From contig JBLDXI010000029.1 of NCBI GenBank assembly GCA_047495785.1, positions 186,001 to 250,000 of the forward strand: 64,000 bases of DNA, given 5' to 3'. Below the pieces are notes generated by a model. That model was not told where the DNA came from. It did not search any database and worked only from the letters and a program-made list of their open reading frames with translations. Of the stretch, positions 11,701 to 24,431 are shown piece after piece. The DNA is from Lepidodermella squamata (Eukaryota; Animalia; Gastrotricha). The position numbers were made by a program, and so were the translations under genes. Position 1 is the stretch's first letter. Every line of letters starts with the position of its first letter.

Positions 11701-14199
11701 AATCGAAAGGCAATCAACTATGTCAACAGGTTTTTGGCAGTTTCAAGTTTTTGGCGTCATAGTTTCATAAGACGCAGTGATAATGTTGCGTGATTATCAC
11801 GCGGTTTCATCAACCTCGACTAGAAGAAACCTCGACTTTTCAAGACAATTGCTTTACCGTAGCATCAAATTCGGATTAAGAATCGAGTCCTTTATAAATA
11901 ATCAATGTGACCCGTGTGACACCAGGTGACAAATTTTGACACAGCGGTATCTCAGTGACAGTTAGTACAACGAAACGGGATTTTCAGGATTATCACTTTG
12001 AATCAAAAGAAGCTCACTTGTTGTGGTAGTTGGAGGTAACGTCGGAGGCATAGTCGGAGGGGGTTGAGGTCTCTGAGGCAAAGTAGCGGGCCTATTGTAC
12101 GGCGTCGTCCTAGTCGTAGTCGGCGCCGGGTATGGCGGCCTTTTAAACGTAGTCCTAGCCGTTGACGTACTAGGTCTCGTTGTTGGGAATTCGTAGCGAT
12201 CATCAGGGGGCGCGTTGCCTTCGGAGTCGCACTGATAGGCTGTGCGCAGTTTTTTGACATCTAAGGGAGACAGGCCGTCCTGGTTGCCCAACCGCCGGCC
12301 GGGCTCGCCGCGGGCTTCCAAAGTGTGGAGTGAGGGCAGCTTAGCAAAAGCATTGTTGGGGTAGTGCATCACCGAGTCGAAATCGTAAGGCTGACGTAGC
12401 GTCGATAGCACCTAAAATCAAAAATAATCTTATGGAATTTCATTAGCAACTTGTCACTACTTCATACCTCACGGTCGTATTTTTTGAAATTATGCTGAAA
12501 ACCGGGCTGGATGTTGGGCCACAGGACGTCGACGAAGGAATCGCGGTCGAATCGCGACTGCTCGTGGATAAGGCCCAGCGCATGGGCGAGTTCGTGGACG
12601 ATGACGTAGTGCTGTATGCAGGGCCGCGTCGTGTCGAAATTGACCAGCTGCTTGCCGCCCTGTTTACCGACGAACGACCAGCAGCCCGTAGCACCGTTGA
12701 CTATGGACACATAGGACGCTTCCGAGGTTCGCGGCACCCATCGAATGCACGTCCTGTTGTGGTACTCTTCGATAGCGCCCATAATTGTAAGCTGCTCTTC
12801 GTCCGCTAAAATCATTAAACACATAAAAAATGTTTAAAAATTCAAATTTTGAAAAATTTCATGAAATCACGGGATTGACAAATTTTGACAAAAAAAAAGA
12901 AAATAAAAATCTTTTTTTCTAAATTTACTAATTCTCTTTTGATTTGCAGGGAAGGGTAATATAATTTTCCACATCTTCAAGTTCCTCCTTGCCGAAAAAA
13001 ATCACTTTCAGCAAATGTGTGCTCAGCGAGAACAAAAATGATAGTTTTTATAGCCTCGAGGTACGCAAAAAAACGCAAGGTAAAAAATCTGGGAAATTGA
13101 CCCAAAAATGAACACGCGTATTGAAAAATTAGGGCTGTTCCAAATTAGTCTTCAGCTTTGCAAGTCTTTTACAAATTATCAAGCTGCCTCTCTTGGAAGT
13201 TATAGGTGGCCATTGTTACCGTGGCAACATAAAAATGTCGAAAAATGTCCCACATGGTTAACACGTAATTTTTATAATTAAATTCTAGAATTTGTCAGAG
13301 AAGCCCTTATTTTCTGTAAATTTTAAAATAGTCCTATCATAAAAAATTCTAAGCAGAGCGTGGCCCTCTAAAAAATGTATTAGAAATTAGAAATTCGGAA
13401 ACTTACAGAAATCTGCGTCGATTTCATAGGGCACAACAGCGCCGGGCCACAGACTGTCGGCGCTGTCTAGTGGCAGCCAATTAGCCCCAGGCGCATCGGG
13501 CGTGTCGCCCGACGCCGGCGAGTCGAACAAATTAACCGCCGTCAACGGCCTGCCCATCAGCACAGGGTCGATTTTTCGCATCGGACTCACTACGATATCG
13601 GCATCGACGAAATCGAGGCAGTAGTCGGCATGCAGCGAAATTTCATCGAGCGCTATCGACCCGGGGCTGGACGGGCCGAGGAGGAGCGCCTCGAAGACGA
13701 GCGAGAAGGACTCGCGAGACGCGAACGACACGTTGGCGTAGAGCCACTCGGGCGGGCGAGGCGCGCCGGCGAACCAGACGCGGCGCATCGACGGCACGGT
13801 GCCGCCGTCCTCGAGCAGGCCGACGCTGATGGCGCCGACGTTCTGGCCGATGAAGCGGTACGTGAAGCGCAGGCAGTAGCCGTCGCGCGGCGGCAGCAGG
13901 TCGCGCGAGCGGAGGCGCGCGACCGAGCCGGGGCGGGTCCACGCGCCCGACGTCGCCTCGATGTGGCCGAGCGAGGCGTTGCGGCGCACGTGCCAGCCGT
14001 TCGGCGTGATCGTGTCGTCGGTGAGCAGCGTCGCCTCGCAGTCCGACGCGTCGAAGTCGCAGGCGAGCACGGGCGCGCGCGTGTTCAGCGCCCAGATGTT
14101 GTCGCGCTGGCCGTCCCACCGGTGCCGGTTGTTGTTATTGTTGCTGTTCGACTCGGCGAACTCGGCGATGAGGAGAGGCAGTAGCAGCCGGGTTAGCAT
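8748..14199 (-). CDS. Secreted multidomain astacin (M12A) metalloprotease: SP-MAM-pro-astacin-Pro/Thr linker-CUB-unnamed domain-CCP-MAM-PAN (~1225 aa)
   Basis: Nine exons, all GT-AG and phase-consistent: 14199-13407, 12805-12468, 12411-12018, 11666-10995, 10910-10577, 10527-10428, 10379-9819, ~9613-9204 (tandem acceptors), 8823-8748. Zn motif HELAHALGLIHEQSRFDRD, Met-turn SVMHY, CUB (GYIASPNF..YPPNANCAWRI), CCP (FTCEAGYHLVGNSVIDC..W..APFC), MAM (CDFD/CSFH..W..RLxS..YCLRF), PAN (CAAKC..CAGFSY..RCYLK). Confidence 0.92.
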
Positions 14200-14565
14200 G
14201 ACTGCGTCCGGGCGATTTCGACATGGGCCATGTAACAGCTCGGAATTGAGTGGTGGTAATTAGTTTTAAAAGGTCGCGATATCAACAAGCTTATCAATAA
14301 ATGTTGAGAAAAATCTAGAGAAATTTACAAGAAAGCTAAAATTAAATTATTGTCAATTTTCAGCAGATTAGCGCGGAACCTATTTCAAAACCAGGCATTA
14401 ACCGCGAAATAAATAGGTGAAAGTTCGTTTACGAATATTTTTATAGAATCCAGCCAGATTCTTCATTCGTTCTTTTGCAGCAGTCTTTTTTACGCAGAAT
14501 TCAAACGTATTTTTCTATCGAATTCCCAAGTTGAATGTCTAAAAGGATGAAAATAATTCGAAGTA

Positions 14566-15205
14566 CAGTAAAACCTGTTATCTCGAACTCTGTGTATCTC
14601 GAAAACCTGTGTATGTCGAAGTCTTGACGAGGAACCGTGGGTTTTTCAGCATGTAGCCCATATTATTCACTCTGTGAAGTCGAACTCTGTCTATCTCGAA
14701 AGTCGAAGGGCGGGAAAGGAACGGTAGCCATATGGTGCATTATTATGACTCTTTGAAGTCGAATGTTCGAAGCTGTTTCTTAATTTTGAGCGATACCGCG
14801 CGCGTAAGGCAAGGCGTGAAGTGGCTAAAGAGGGTCTAAGCGTGTTGTTTACCTACCTGCAGCGCTCTCGGCGAGACGCTAAAGTTGCTCGTAATCGTCA
14901 ACCCCCGCGTTGCGTAATCCTACTTGAACACTTTATTTCAGGTCACGCGGCCTATCCCAGCGCATTTAAGGCCGACAACGCGGCTTGTGACTTAAGTAAT
15001 TACAGAATATTTCAAATCTAGCGCTAATATTCAATAAAATGTTGCTATTTGTGCTCTAAAATATTGGGGTGATGAAATAAACGCTTTAAAATAGGCCCAT
15101 GGGTGATTTTATGCGATATATGTCAGTCTCCCTCTATCTCGAATCTCTCTGGAAGTCGAATGGGTCGAATGGCACCGTGAGCCTTCGAGATAACAGGTTT
15201 TACTG
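14566..15205. mobile_element. 640-bp MITE of Tc1-mariner/pogo type
   Basis: Perfect 22-bp TIRs CAGTAAAACCTGTTATCTCGAA (14566-14587 / 15184-15205), TA on both flanks, repeated subterminal ctctgt..(atc/agt)cgaa motifs, no transposase ORF. Confidence 0.9.
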
Positions 15206-18200
15206 TAATTTTAATATCCTTACTTTGGCTCCATTCAAAAGTTGGGTAGATGTGAATTTATTTTAAATTCGGAATAAGTATTCCAAGTAAATACGAGGCT
15301 TTCGCTATATCCAAAAGTTAAAACCACAAGAAATTGTAGAAATCGATAACTGAATATTGCTCAAATCTTTGAATATTCCGAAATACCTTATTTGTTCCTA
15401 TACTAAGCAGCCCGGGCTACTAACATTTTGGCCTCGAAAATTAACTTTCGGCGAATCATTCATTTTTGACTTTTGACGTATTCGCATCGACTTGACCCCT
15501 CAGCGTTTATTGGCGACTGGGCCACTATTGGAATAAATGCGGTATAGCCAAAATTACTCTACAGTTCAGCTTTTTCTCTAAAATTCTAAAATTCATTGAT
15601 GAACCGGTTTTTACAGAATTTAGGTTGCAATGACAGCGAAACAGGAAATTGCTAAATATTGCAGATGACCTCTAGCTGTTGAGGCTTTCGAGGCTTTAAA
15701 GCTCAGAATAAACGGTCTCACTTTTTAGCGAAAAAACTTTAACGTAAGTGTAATTGGACCTATACAAAATTGGAATGCCTTCAAATACGAAACCGGCGGT
15801 CGTAGTCACTGTCGTAGTCAAACTTTCTTAACCTTTTTCCCTGAAAGTATCATCTACATCGAATGAACACATTACTCGAGCAAAAGAAACATGTCTATGC
15901 GGATTCTAAATTTACACTGCAAAATTTACCAACCGCACGGGTTCCTAAAAAATAGGCGTAACGCGGCGTAGAAAAAAGTACGCGTGATTTGGCAGTCATT
16001 TCGCTGCCATGCATTTTTTTGAGAAAAAAAGACGAATCAGGCATCAGGTATCAGGTAGGCGAGTGGAGTTGTATAACATAACATACATACACCTATTTTT
16101 ACTATACAACGACATGATACGAGTGTTAACTCATGAGATGAGGTGTTACTTGTTTAGCTAAATTATAGCGTTGAAAAGCAACCAGGCGTGTCAGTGCGTG
16201 AAACTGAGTGATTATTATTATTACTACAACGACGTCTACGACAGCTTTATAGTTATTGTTACCATCATATACTTACGCGTAATACGAGCATGTTAACAAA
16301 GGCGCGATGATGGTGATGGTGATGTGAAAACGATGAGGAAAAAACGCGCATGCACCCGCGTCGCTTTTTTGTTTGTACAACGATGATGATGGTGCCGTTT
16401 TATATAAATTATTGTAAACGATATTATGTACGATGATGGGCGACACTGTGAAGTAGGCAGGCAGGTAGACTAGGAGTAAGGAGTCGGCAGGTGTATAATA
16501 CACCTGCAGCCTGGCGGCGCGGATGAGTCCCAGCGGCCGGGGTCAGCGGCGGATGGCGTCGTGTTTGCGACGCTCAGGTGCAGTTAATTACTGCGCGTTG
16601 CGTTGCTATGGCGGCGCGCGCGCGTTTGTCGACCGCAAACACGCCCATGATGATTTTTTGTTGAGCGCAGCAGCGTGTTTGCGCGACGCGTTCGTTGCTC
16701 ATCGCCGCCATGTATTACACCAGTCCCACACTGCTGCGCGTTTATCATCGTGTCTGATGCGCAGCGCCAAGCAGCAAATAATTAGCCGATTATTGCCCGT
16801 GCGCGCGCGCGCATCATCAGTCAGGTCACCGGCCTCGCCACTTGAGCGCGTGCTATGCGCCGGCTGGCTGACAGGCAGGCCGGGACGCACTCGCATGCGC
16901 ATACCTGCCTAGCAGTCACCAAAAGCCAATTTTCATACACTTAACGTTTATACATCATAAGTAGCAGTCGTTGCTTGGTTGGCGGTCGATGTGTGTTTTC
17001 GTTTAAACGTGATTTCAGCCGCAGCTAATACAGTTAGTCTAGGTCAAACGTGTTTCAGCCGACGGCTCGTCATCATCATCATGTTATTATTATTATTGGA
17101 GTGGTCGCAAAGTGACAAATTGGCGCCATCAACGTATAAGCAGGAGACTAAGTGTTCGCAATTGCAGAGTCCAATAAATTCGGCCATTTGTATTGAAACC
17201 CTTATAAGAAGTCTTGTTCCACATGGAACCGGCTCGAAGGCCGGAAACATATGTTTTGACCTCGGTAATGAAGTGTTACCATGGCGATATTATTTCTCAC
17301 TGAAAAAAGTTCGAAAATGTTCGTTACACGAGCATGAACAAGCCGTACTGTCATTTCGAAAAACTCGTTTTTTTCGAAATTTGCTTGATTTTCGGAGAAA
17401 TCCATAGCGAGATAAAAAAGATATAAGAAATCTGGTACTTTCTCCGGTTATATGAAAGATGTTCAGAATAAAATTATTCCATGTATGTCATGGAATAAAG
17501 AATGGAATCGAAATGCATGAAAATGAGAAAACATAAACAAGAATGATTTGAATGATTTGAAGCTAGAAATTTGAAACATTTTAGAGCAAATTTGGTTCCG
17601 CTCAGGAGAATAATATTTCTTCAATTTCCAGAAGTGATACAATTGGGAGCGAATAAGACGGGGCGTAATATTAGATAAATCTGGGCTATTTTTCTGGTCT
17701 TACTCTTGGCGGAACCAAATTGTGGAATTTTCAATGGGCCTAAAACCATCTCTCGAAGCTTCCAGGGATGTCGTGATCGATCAGCGTGATTAATAAAAAA
17801 ATCATCTTCAAATTCAGTGTGAAATTCTGTATAAGACGCATATTCTTCACTAGGGAATTTATTCTTTGCCTTAATTTTGTAGAAATATTCGAAAATCGAC
17901 TATTGCAGACTATTGCTTAGGTTTCGCGATATGCAGATTTGGTTCCGCTAAAAGATATTCTGCCATTTTTCGAACTTCTGTTAATAATCTAACAAAAAGC
18001 AAATGGTGCCACTTTTCTGAGCAATTCGATTTCGAAAAAATGCGAAAGCTGTTTTTTTTTCCAGGTGAGAGTTGCTGCGTCTCGAGTAGTGGGCCAAACA
18101 AACGCGTGAGACAGCGGCGGCGAGCGTGAGCAGGTTGTTAGGCTGCGAGAAGCCGGCGACGCGATGCCGCATCCATCTACTTACCTAACTTACATACCTA

Positions 18201-18907
18201 GTATTCGGAGGCAAAAGTAGGACGGCGTTAATGCGCATGCCGCAGAAATCGCTCATCTTCACATTGTTGACGATGGCCAGTCGTTGAAAGCGCGCGCGGC
18301 GATGTTTTGCTGCGGCGGTGCGAAACACGCGATCGCATCACGCAGCGACGCCGATTTGCAACAGGCGATGCGCGCATCTTTCACGCGGCGATCATCAATA
18401 TTCAAAATCATCATCGAATACAATCGCGCCGCTTAGTATGCGACCACTTGTTCGCAATATTGTATCGAAAAGTGTGCAACTTTGACCTATATCAGAACAT
18501 GAGCGAACTGTTTGACGGAAAAACGACCATATTCCGTAAATTCACAGTAATTCCGTAAATCAATCGCGCTCAACAGCGAGCGATAACTTGAGGCAGGCAT
18601 CTAAATTGTTAGTCGTCGATTTCTAACTTTTTCATGTGACCATTTAATAGGGCGATTTAATAGGCCAAGTTTTCTGCTTGAGGAATACTATTTCAGCCTA
18701 CAAAAACTCGAAACCGAAATTCTATTGTTCATTTTCTTCTCGGAAAGCATTCAGTTCAAAATTTCATAATGAAAGGTGTTTTTCCTTTTATTTTTTCAAT
18801 CGAAGAAAACCTTGGGACTACCTCGAAACTTAGGTAAAACGGCGTTGATATACGACAAAGTCCACTTTGCGTGCGTTACGTTTTTCGAGGCTTAATGGTC
18901 GTAAATT

Positions 18908-18970
18908 GGGGGTTATTTTCGAAGCTGTCTTTATGACAAAGTCGACTCTATCGATAGAGTCGGCTTTATT
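18908..18970. repeat. Dispersed repeat fragment; inverted copy at 41463-41526
   Basis: gggggttattttcgaagctgtctttatga... matches the reverse complement of ...tcataaagacagcttcgaaaataaccccc. Contains the near-perfect palindrome aaagtcgactctatcgatagagtcggcttt. Confidence 0.7.
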
Positions 18971-19459
18971 TCCTAAGGTAGACTTTAGCTAAAGTTAGCT
19001 GATCTCAGCTAGCTTATATGATAGACATCCCAGATGGGAATTTAGGACGAAAATCATAGATTTTTGAACATAGATTTTCCCCAAACGAGTGATTTGACCC
19101 TAAAATGTTTTTACTCTTCTTTTCATTCAATTTTTTTACCCGAATTCATAAAATGCAAACGTGCAAAATTGTTAGACAAATTATCTTATTATACTTTTTC
19201 GCCACAGAGTGGGCGTCGTGAAATTGAAGGGAAATAATGTCGACTCGAGGCAGCGCACGTTGTTGATATTCTGCAGCAGTAGGCACCTATGCCACGAAAT
19301 GTGCATACTACCTATTGTAGAAGAACTAATGAGATCATAGCTTAGAAATAACGCCCCGCGTGGTTTGAAGTTTGAGTCATCTCAGCTGCCGAGGTTATCC
19401 CTGGGCTTTAAAATGTGAGCTAACTGCATGGTGATAATAAAACTATCTACACTAGCAAG

Positions 19460-19567
19460 ATGTTTGCAACATATCAACAAGCTTTGCAGAATCAGTACTA
19501 TGGACTTCCTGCTCCATCATCATCGATATTAGCCCCTGCTTATTTTGAAAGCGGCTATTCGGGACAT

Positions 19568-19598
<31 letters not shown>

Positions 19599-20862
19599 CA
19601 GCCACTTCTAATAATGGTCGCAGGAGAAAATTGACGCAGCAATGCTCGGTAATTGAACGGAAATGACGGTTATTCCAACTTCTGGAACCACATATTCAAT
19701 GGGCGATTTAGCATTAAAACTTATACGTAACTACTATAATGTAAGCCATATTATTATTTTCCCCACTCATGGCTGCATCATGGACTGCGAGATATTGCCA
19801 AAACAAAATCGATTAATCAAGCCATCGAATTCACAAATTTTGGCTAGACTAAAAATTGTTGATTATTGAGCATAGATTTTCTAGCGCCTTGTCAGGCATT
19901 TCTTGAAAATAAAGAAAATCCGGGCTCAATTCGCATTAGCTGTTTTTTTCGCAGATTTTCTATTTTTCAATAAATCAAATGCTAAGATGGTGGAAAATCT
20001 GTCCACCCAATATCGCGTGCTTCAACAATTTGCAGTCGAGCAAATAGAGGCTGGTAGAGACTATAATATTATATTAGAGAATTCCCGGGTGTGCTCAGTT
20101 ATCAGAGGATGAGTGACCCCAATTATTAACTGTGCTTTTTCGATTATTATAGGAGGTCGTGGATGACGCATTGGAGAAGAAGCGAGCGAGAGCTAGGGAG
20201 GCGGCAAGGAAAAGCCGACTGGGCCGTGAGCAACGAATTTCATTTCTAGAAATGGTAAAATCCTAAGTTTCACTTAGTTTTCATTTTCAAAATTCCTAAT
20301 ATTGATTAGAATTTCTTATACATTTTCTCTCCATTCAATACTGTATGCAAAATTAGCGATGAAAGTTTAGTTGAAAACAACAAAAATTCTTAAATTTCAA
20401 TGCAACATTTTCTATGTAATTTAGAAAGCAACATCCGAGCGATACGACATTTGGAGCCTGACAGGCCTTGTGAAACGCTTCGAGAAATTGAACTGCGCCC
20501 TTGAGATGTTACTGCCTGCTGCGACTGAATCGCAACCACATAAAATCACGGAATATGCTGAGCAGGATCAAGTGATGATGATGGTGGCTGACGAGCAGGC
20601 CGCCATCGCCATTGACGGCACAACGGCCATGTTCCAGCGATTGGACGATCAGTTGTTCTCGATCGAAGACCTCGACGCTTTCGCCCTGCCCGATGATGAT
20701 GGCGCCAACTTTTGCGATGAATCGACCTTCAGCTTTGGCAACTACGTAGTGCCGTTCAGCCGATCGCTGTCGAGTGAATCGCTGCACACGCTGGTTGGCA
20801 CTGCTGACAACGGTAACTGGTGCACCGATGGCATACCGGACGACTTTTTCACTCAGCTTTAA
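19460..20862 (+). CDS. Atypical bZIP transcription factor with Jun/ATF-like basic region (242 aa)
   Basis: Exons 19460-19648, 20153-20254 (missed by the ORF track), 20425-20862, all phase 0. EKKRARAREAARKSRLGREQRISFLEMK aligns with the Jun basic region; zipper L-x6-E-x6-L-x6-F-x6-L; poly-Ser from (TCA)n; acidic C-terminus. Confidence 0.8.
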
Positions 20863-21135
20863 AACTAAATTAAAAGCTTTCGGCGAAAGTTCAAGAAAAT
20901 TAAAATTTAATAACTTCAGCAATAGAGCAATAGAGATTGATTTAGCAAAGTACCAAATTATGACAAATAATTGTAGACAACCGACATTGCTCGAAGCTTA
21001 ATGAGAGTCTAACTTGAGCAGCAAGTAAAATGAAATGAAAAATGAAGTAATTTCAAGTTTTATTCGCATATTTATATTGAATAAAAAGCAATTAAGCAGT
21101 TAATTTCTTTTCATAATCTGATTGGCTCAAGTTCA

Positions 21136-22516
21136 TCACTGTTGTCTGAATAGAATAGCTGATAATACCGCAGCGATTAATACCATCAGGCCACTTGACA
21201 GCTTTCCAGCAGTGCTCCGGCTCGAACATTCTGAAAGTCAGGAAAATCTCTCAAAAATAAATTATTGCATTTAAAAATAAAATAAAACTTGGAATATTCA
21301 AATAAATAGCAGTGCAGCCTTTATGAATCTGGGATATTATTTTATTTTAGCCACCTGGTAACCGCATAGGTCCCTAGAATTACCGATATTGGAAAAATCA
21401 CAGGTTTGGGAAATCTATAAACAAATAAAAAAAATTGAAATTTCGAAAAAAACCGTCGTATATGAAAAACGTTTAGCGCGGGAACCTTCTAATTAGGGCT
21501 ACGAACAATTTCGTTCAAACTGTTAGTTAACGCAGGCTGGAAAAAAATCTTTGAAAATCCGCTAAAACGCGAAAAATTCCAACTTTCAAATGCGAGTTTT
21601 CGGAGTATCGGAATATTTTACCTGTGGACGGTTCTGCGAAGACTTTATTGAGCGCGGTGAGGCGCGTGCAGAGGCGCGCCTCGAGCTTGGCGGCGACGCA
21701 CTCGTACTCGTCGTCGGTGCGCCGCGCCGCGTCCGGGTAGAAGAGTAGCACGCGCCACGCCTTGCACGCCGGCGCCGACGCGTTGTAGCCGGCCCAGCTC
21801 GGCTCGTACTGGTTGTCGCACAGCGCCATGGCTAGGAACGACTCGTTAGGCTCGTCCAACAGCCACGTGCTGCTGTCTTGAATTCAAAGCAAGCAAACGA
21901 TATATACTACAGCATTAATTGAACATTCAAATTGAGATAACAGACCATTTTCAAAATATTAGGAACAGTTTAAAATTCTAAATTTAAAAATTTGAAAATA
22001 AAAAAAATTGATTAAAATTTCGAAATCTCACAAGTTCAAAAATTGGGAATATTTTCAATTTTTGTGTGAAGATTTTCCTAATTTTTATGTGAATTATTTG
22101 CTTACTAAATTGCTTCCCACTGCCAGTTCGGGTGACCAGGTTGAGATTTCTGGCGGACGGGGCGACTTCATAGCGCAGCTCGCCGCTCGAGTAGACGCAT
22201 TTCGTCTTCGGTTTGCCGCCAGCCTGAAACTCGGCGTAGATGTGCGACCGGTTCGAGGCCGTAAATTTGCGATAATAGCTCGTCCACGTGTCATTAACAC
22301 CGATGGCCCAGTGGTAATGTTCGTGCCACAGCGAATTAACCAACTAATTATGAAAAATTATTAAAATTTCAAAAAATCCCATGAAACTACCTTATCTCGT
22401 GAATAATTATCGGAGACTTTGAAATCGTTCGGGTTGATGTCAGTTCGATCGCAAAGCCCAGCATAAGCCGACCCGGCTAAAGCAGCCAGAAAACAAACCG
22501 CAAGAGTTCGAAGCAT
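21136..22516 (-). CDS. Secreted, probably GPI-anchored lipocalin-like protein, paralog A (237 aa)
   Basis: Exons 22516-22391, 22343-22106, 21876-21622, 21230-21136. Signal MLRTLAVCFLAALAGSAYA and hydrophobic C-tail LMVLIAAVLSAILF. DNYSRDKLVNSLWHE, TWLLDEPNESFLAMALC and WRVLLF resemble lipocalin SCR1-3. The gene is strongly supported by paralog B; the lipocalin call is tentative. Confidence 0.75.
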
Positions 22517-24431
22517 TTTTTGTTTACTATCTCGAAATGTGGCTACTATTGACGCAAGCTGCTGATGCTGACGATACCGCCGAGGATTATCGTGTCCGCG
22601 TCTGTGTTTGATAACAATTAACCGTTGCGTATGAGGCGTGCAGACTTTTTTCACCCCGTCATCACGTGTTATGCATGAGTTGCGATAAGGCCGGCGTGAC
22701 ACTGCTACCGTGCTGAGGCTACGCTGAATAATTCTGGTTTTTTTTATTCGAATCAACAAAATGCTGACCTGCAACTGAAGGTTCGATGAAGCTCATAACT
22801 TCGAAATCATCTTTTTTTCGAACTTTTTCAAATGGCGTAAAATTCAAGGTGGTTGCAGCAATAATTGATTTTTAAGAATAATTATATATTATAAACTGGT
22901 TATCAGTTTATGGGCTTTTTCGAAAATTGACCCAAGGGTCGATATTATGAACGGAAATCTCACTATTCCATTTCTTATGCAAATGATCATCCAAAACTAA
23001 CTGCTAATTTTCCAAGTTTATTCATTAATCGCCAAAAATCAGGTAAAAATGGTGAAATCACCAAAATTAAGATAAATCATAATTTAGCTTGCGTCTGTTT
23101 CGATTGATCGCCACTGACTGACTGCTCGCCGAGGAAGTAAGTCGGTATAATGTGGACGAGAGTTACCGTCGAAAGAGCAACACAGTTCAGCACGTTTTGC
23201 GTCAGTCGAACTAGCGAGTAGTGCAGAGTCAAATCGTAAAAAGCAAGCGCAATATTGGTGACTTGAATGGCCAACACGAAAATCGTAGTGAAAAGCTTGA
23301 GGCGAGCTACTTTATCTTTATATCTTAAATTCTTTAGTTCTTTACTTTCTTTACCTCTTTAATAGAGCGTCGCATCTAGGCGTTTTTATTAAGGCGGACT
23401 TTTTATTTTTATTTTAGTTTTAAACTTTATCGAAATGACTGCTTTCCAACTTTTAGTAGACCTGCTGATGGCACAATCCGGCATTCTCATCCGACAAAGT
23501 GATAATATAAATTATGGTACTTTCGGCCTTTCAGGTCGCTTTTATAATAGAAAAAACCAATAAAGAGTAATTAACGTAATAAAGACGTAAAGAGATAAAG
23601 ACACTTCGATGTTCGCCACTGGTGCACCGAGGCCGCCATTGCCTGGGAGAAATTGTTGACGACATGCAGAATGTCTTTTTCTACTTGTTCTTCGGCACCG
23701 GCATGGCCGAGCCTCCCTACTGCAGCAACTTCAGCTTCGATAGCCGGTTTAATTTCTCGAAGATTTATCGATGGCATAGTCATAACCTGCTCGGTAGAGG
23801 AGGATCTGCACTCCTTGTAACCATAGTGCGGTTGCATGACGTTTTATTTGCCTACGACAAGTAGGCAAGGTGAAAAATCGATGGAAAGTACAGCCATAGT
23901 TTAGCATCTGCGCAGATTAATCTCCGAAGACCAATATAAACAGCCGGCTGATTGTGAAATTCACCAGATTCCCGTGATAAGAATTGCATGCTAACGACAT
24001 TCGATGTGACCGGTGACAAGTAAGTGTGGGCCGTTTGCGTGATTTTGTAAGACTTAAAAAAGGTCTGACCGCGTTATAAAATGAAGTGAAAGTGAGGGGT
24101 TTCGTTTAAACGTGAGATTCTAATGCGCTATTGTATATGGGCCTCTGAAATCGGGCCGCCGGGCTTGGGTCATCCTACTACAACCAGCGCCCTACACGAT
24201 AACTGCATCAATTCAAACTAATAAACTTCAACTCGATCAATACACTTGGGGGTATTCCGAGTAATTGTTATACATATTCATATATGGCAAAAACTGTGCG
24301 TGATCCCCTCATAATAACCCGAAACATGTGCAAAAGCTCAACTTCATATCATATTTATTTCTCAGTAAAAGGTTTTCAAGTTGTTCGAGGGACTACAAAT
24401 GTACAATTGGCGAGAATAGCGCTCGCCCACA

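Noticed and set aside
13630-14184. Long overlapping ORFs (184 aa on +, 158 aa on -)
   Set aside because: Shadows of the GC3-rich MAM exon.
14566-15205. CRISPR-like spaced repeats
   Set aside because: Irregular subterminal repeats inside a TIR element in a eukaryote; no cas genes.
16270-18560. CpG-rich short ORFs between the astacin and bZIP genes (similar ones at 43327-43866)
   Set aside because: No protein-like motifs; more likely cis-regulatory DNA, with no specific element I can defend.
23571-23837. 88-aa ORF
   Set aside because: No recognisable motif and no consistent exon chain found.
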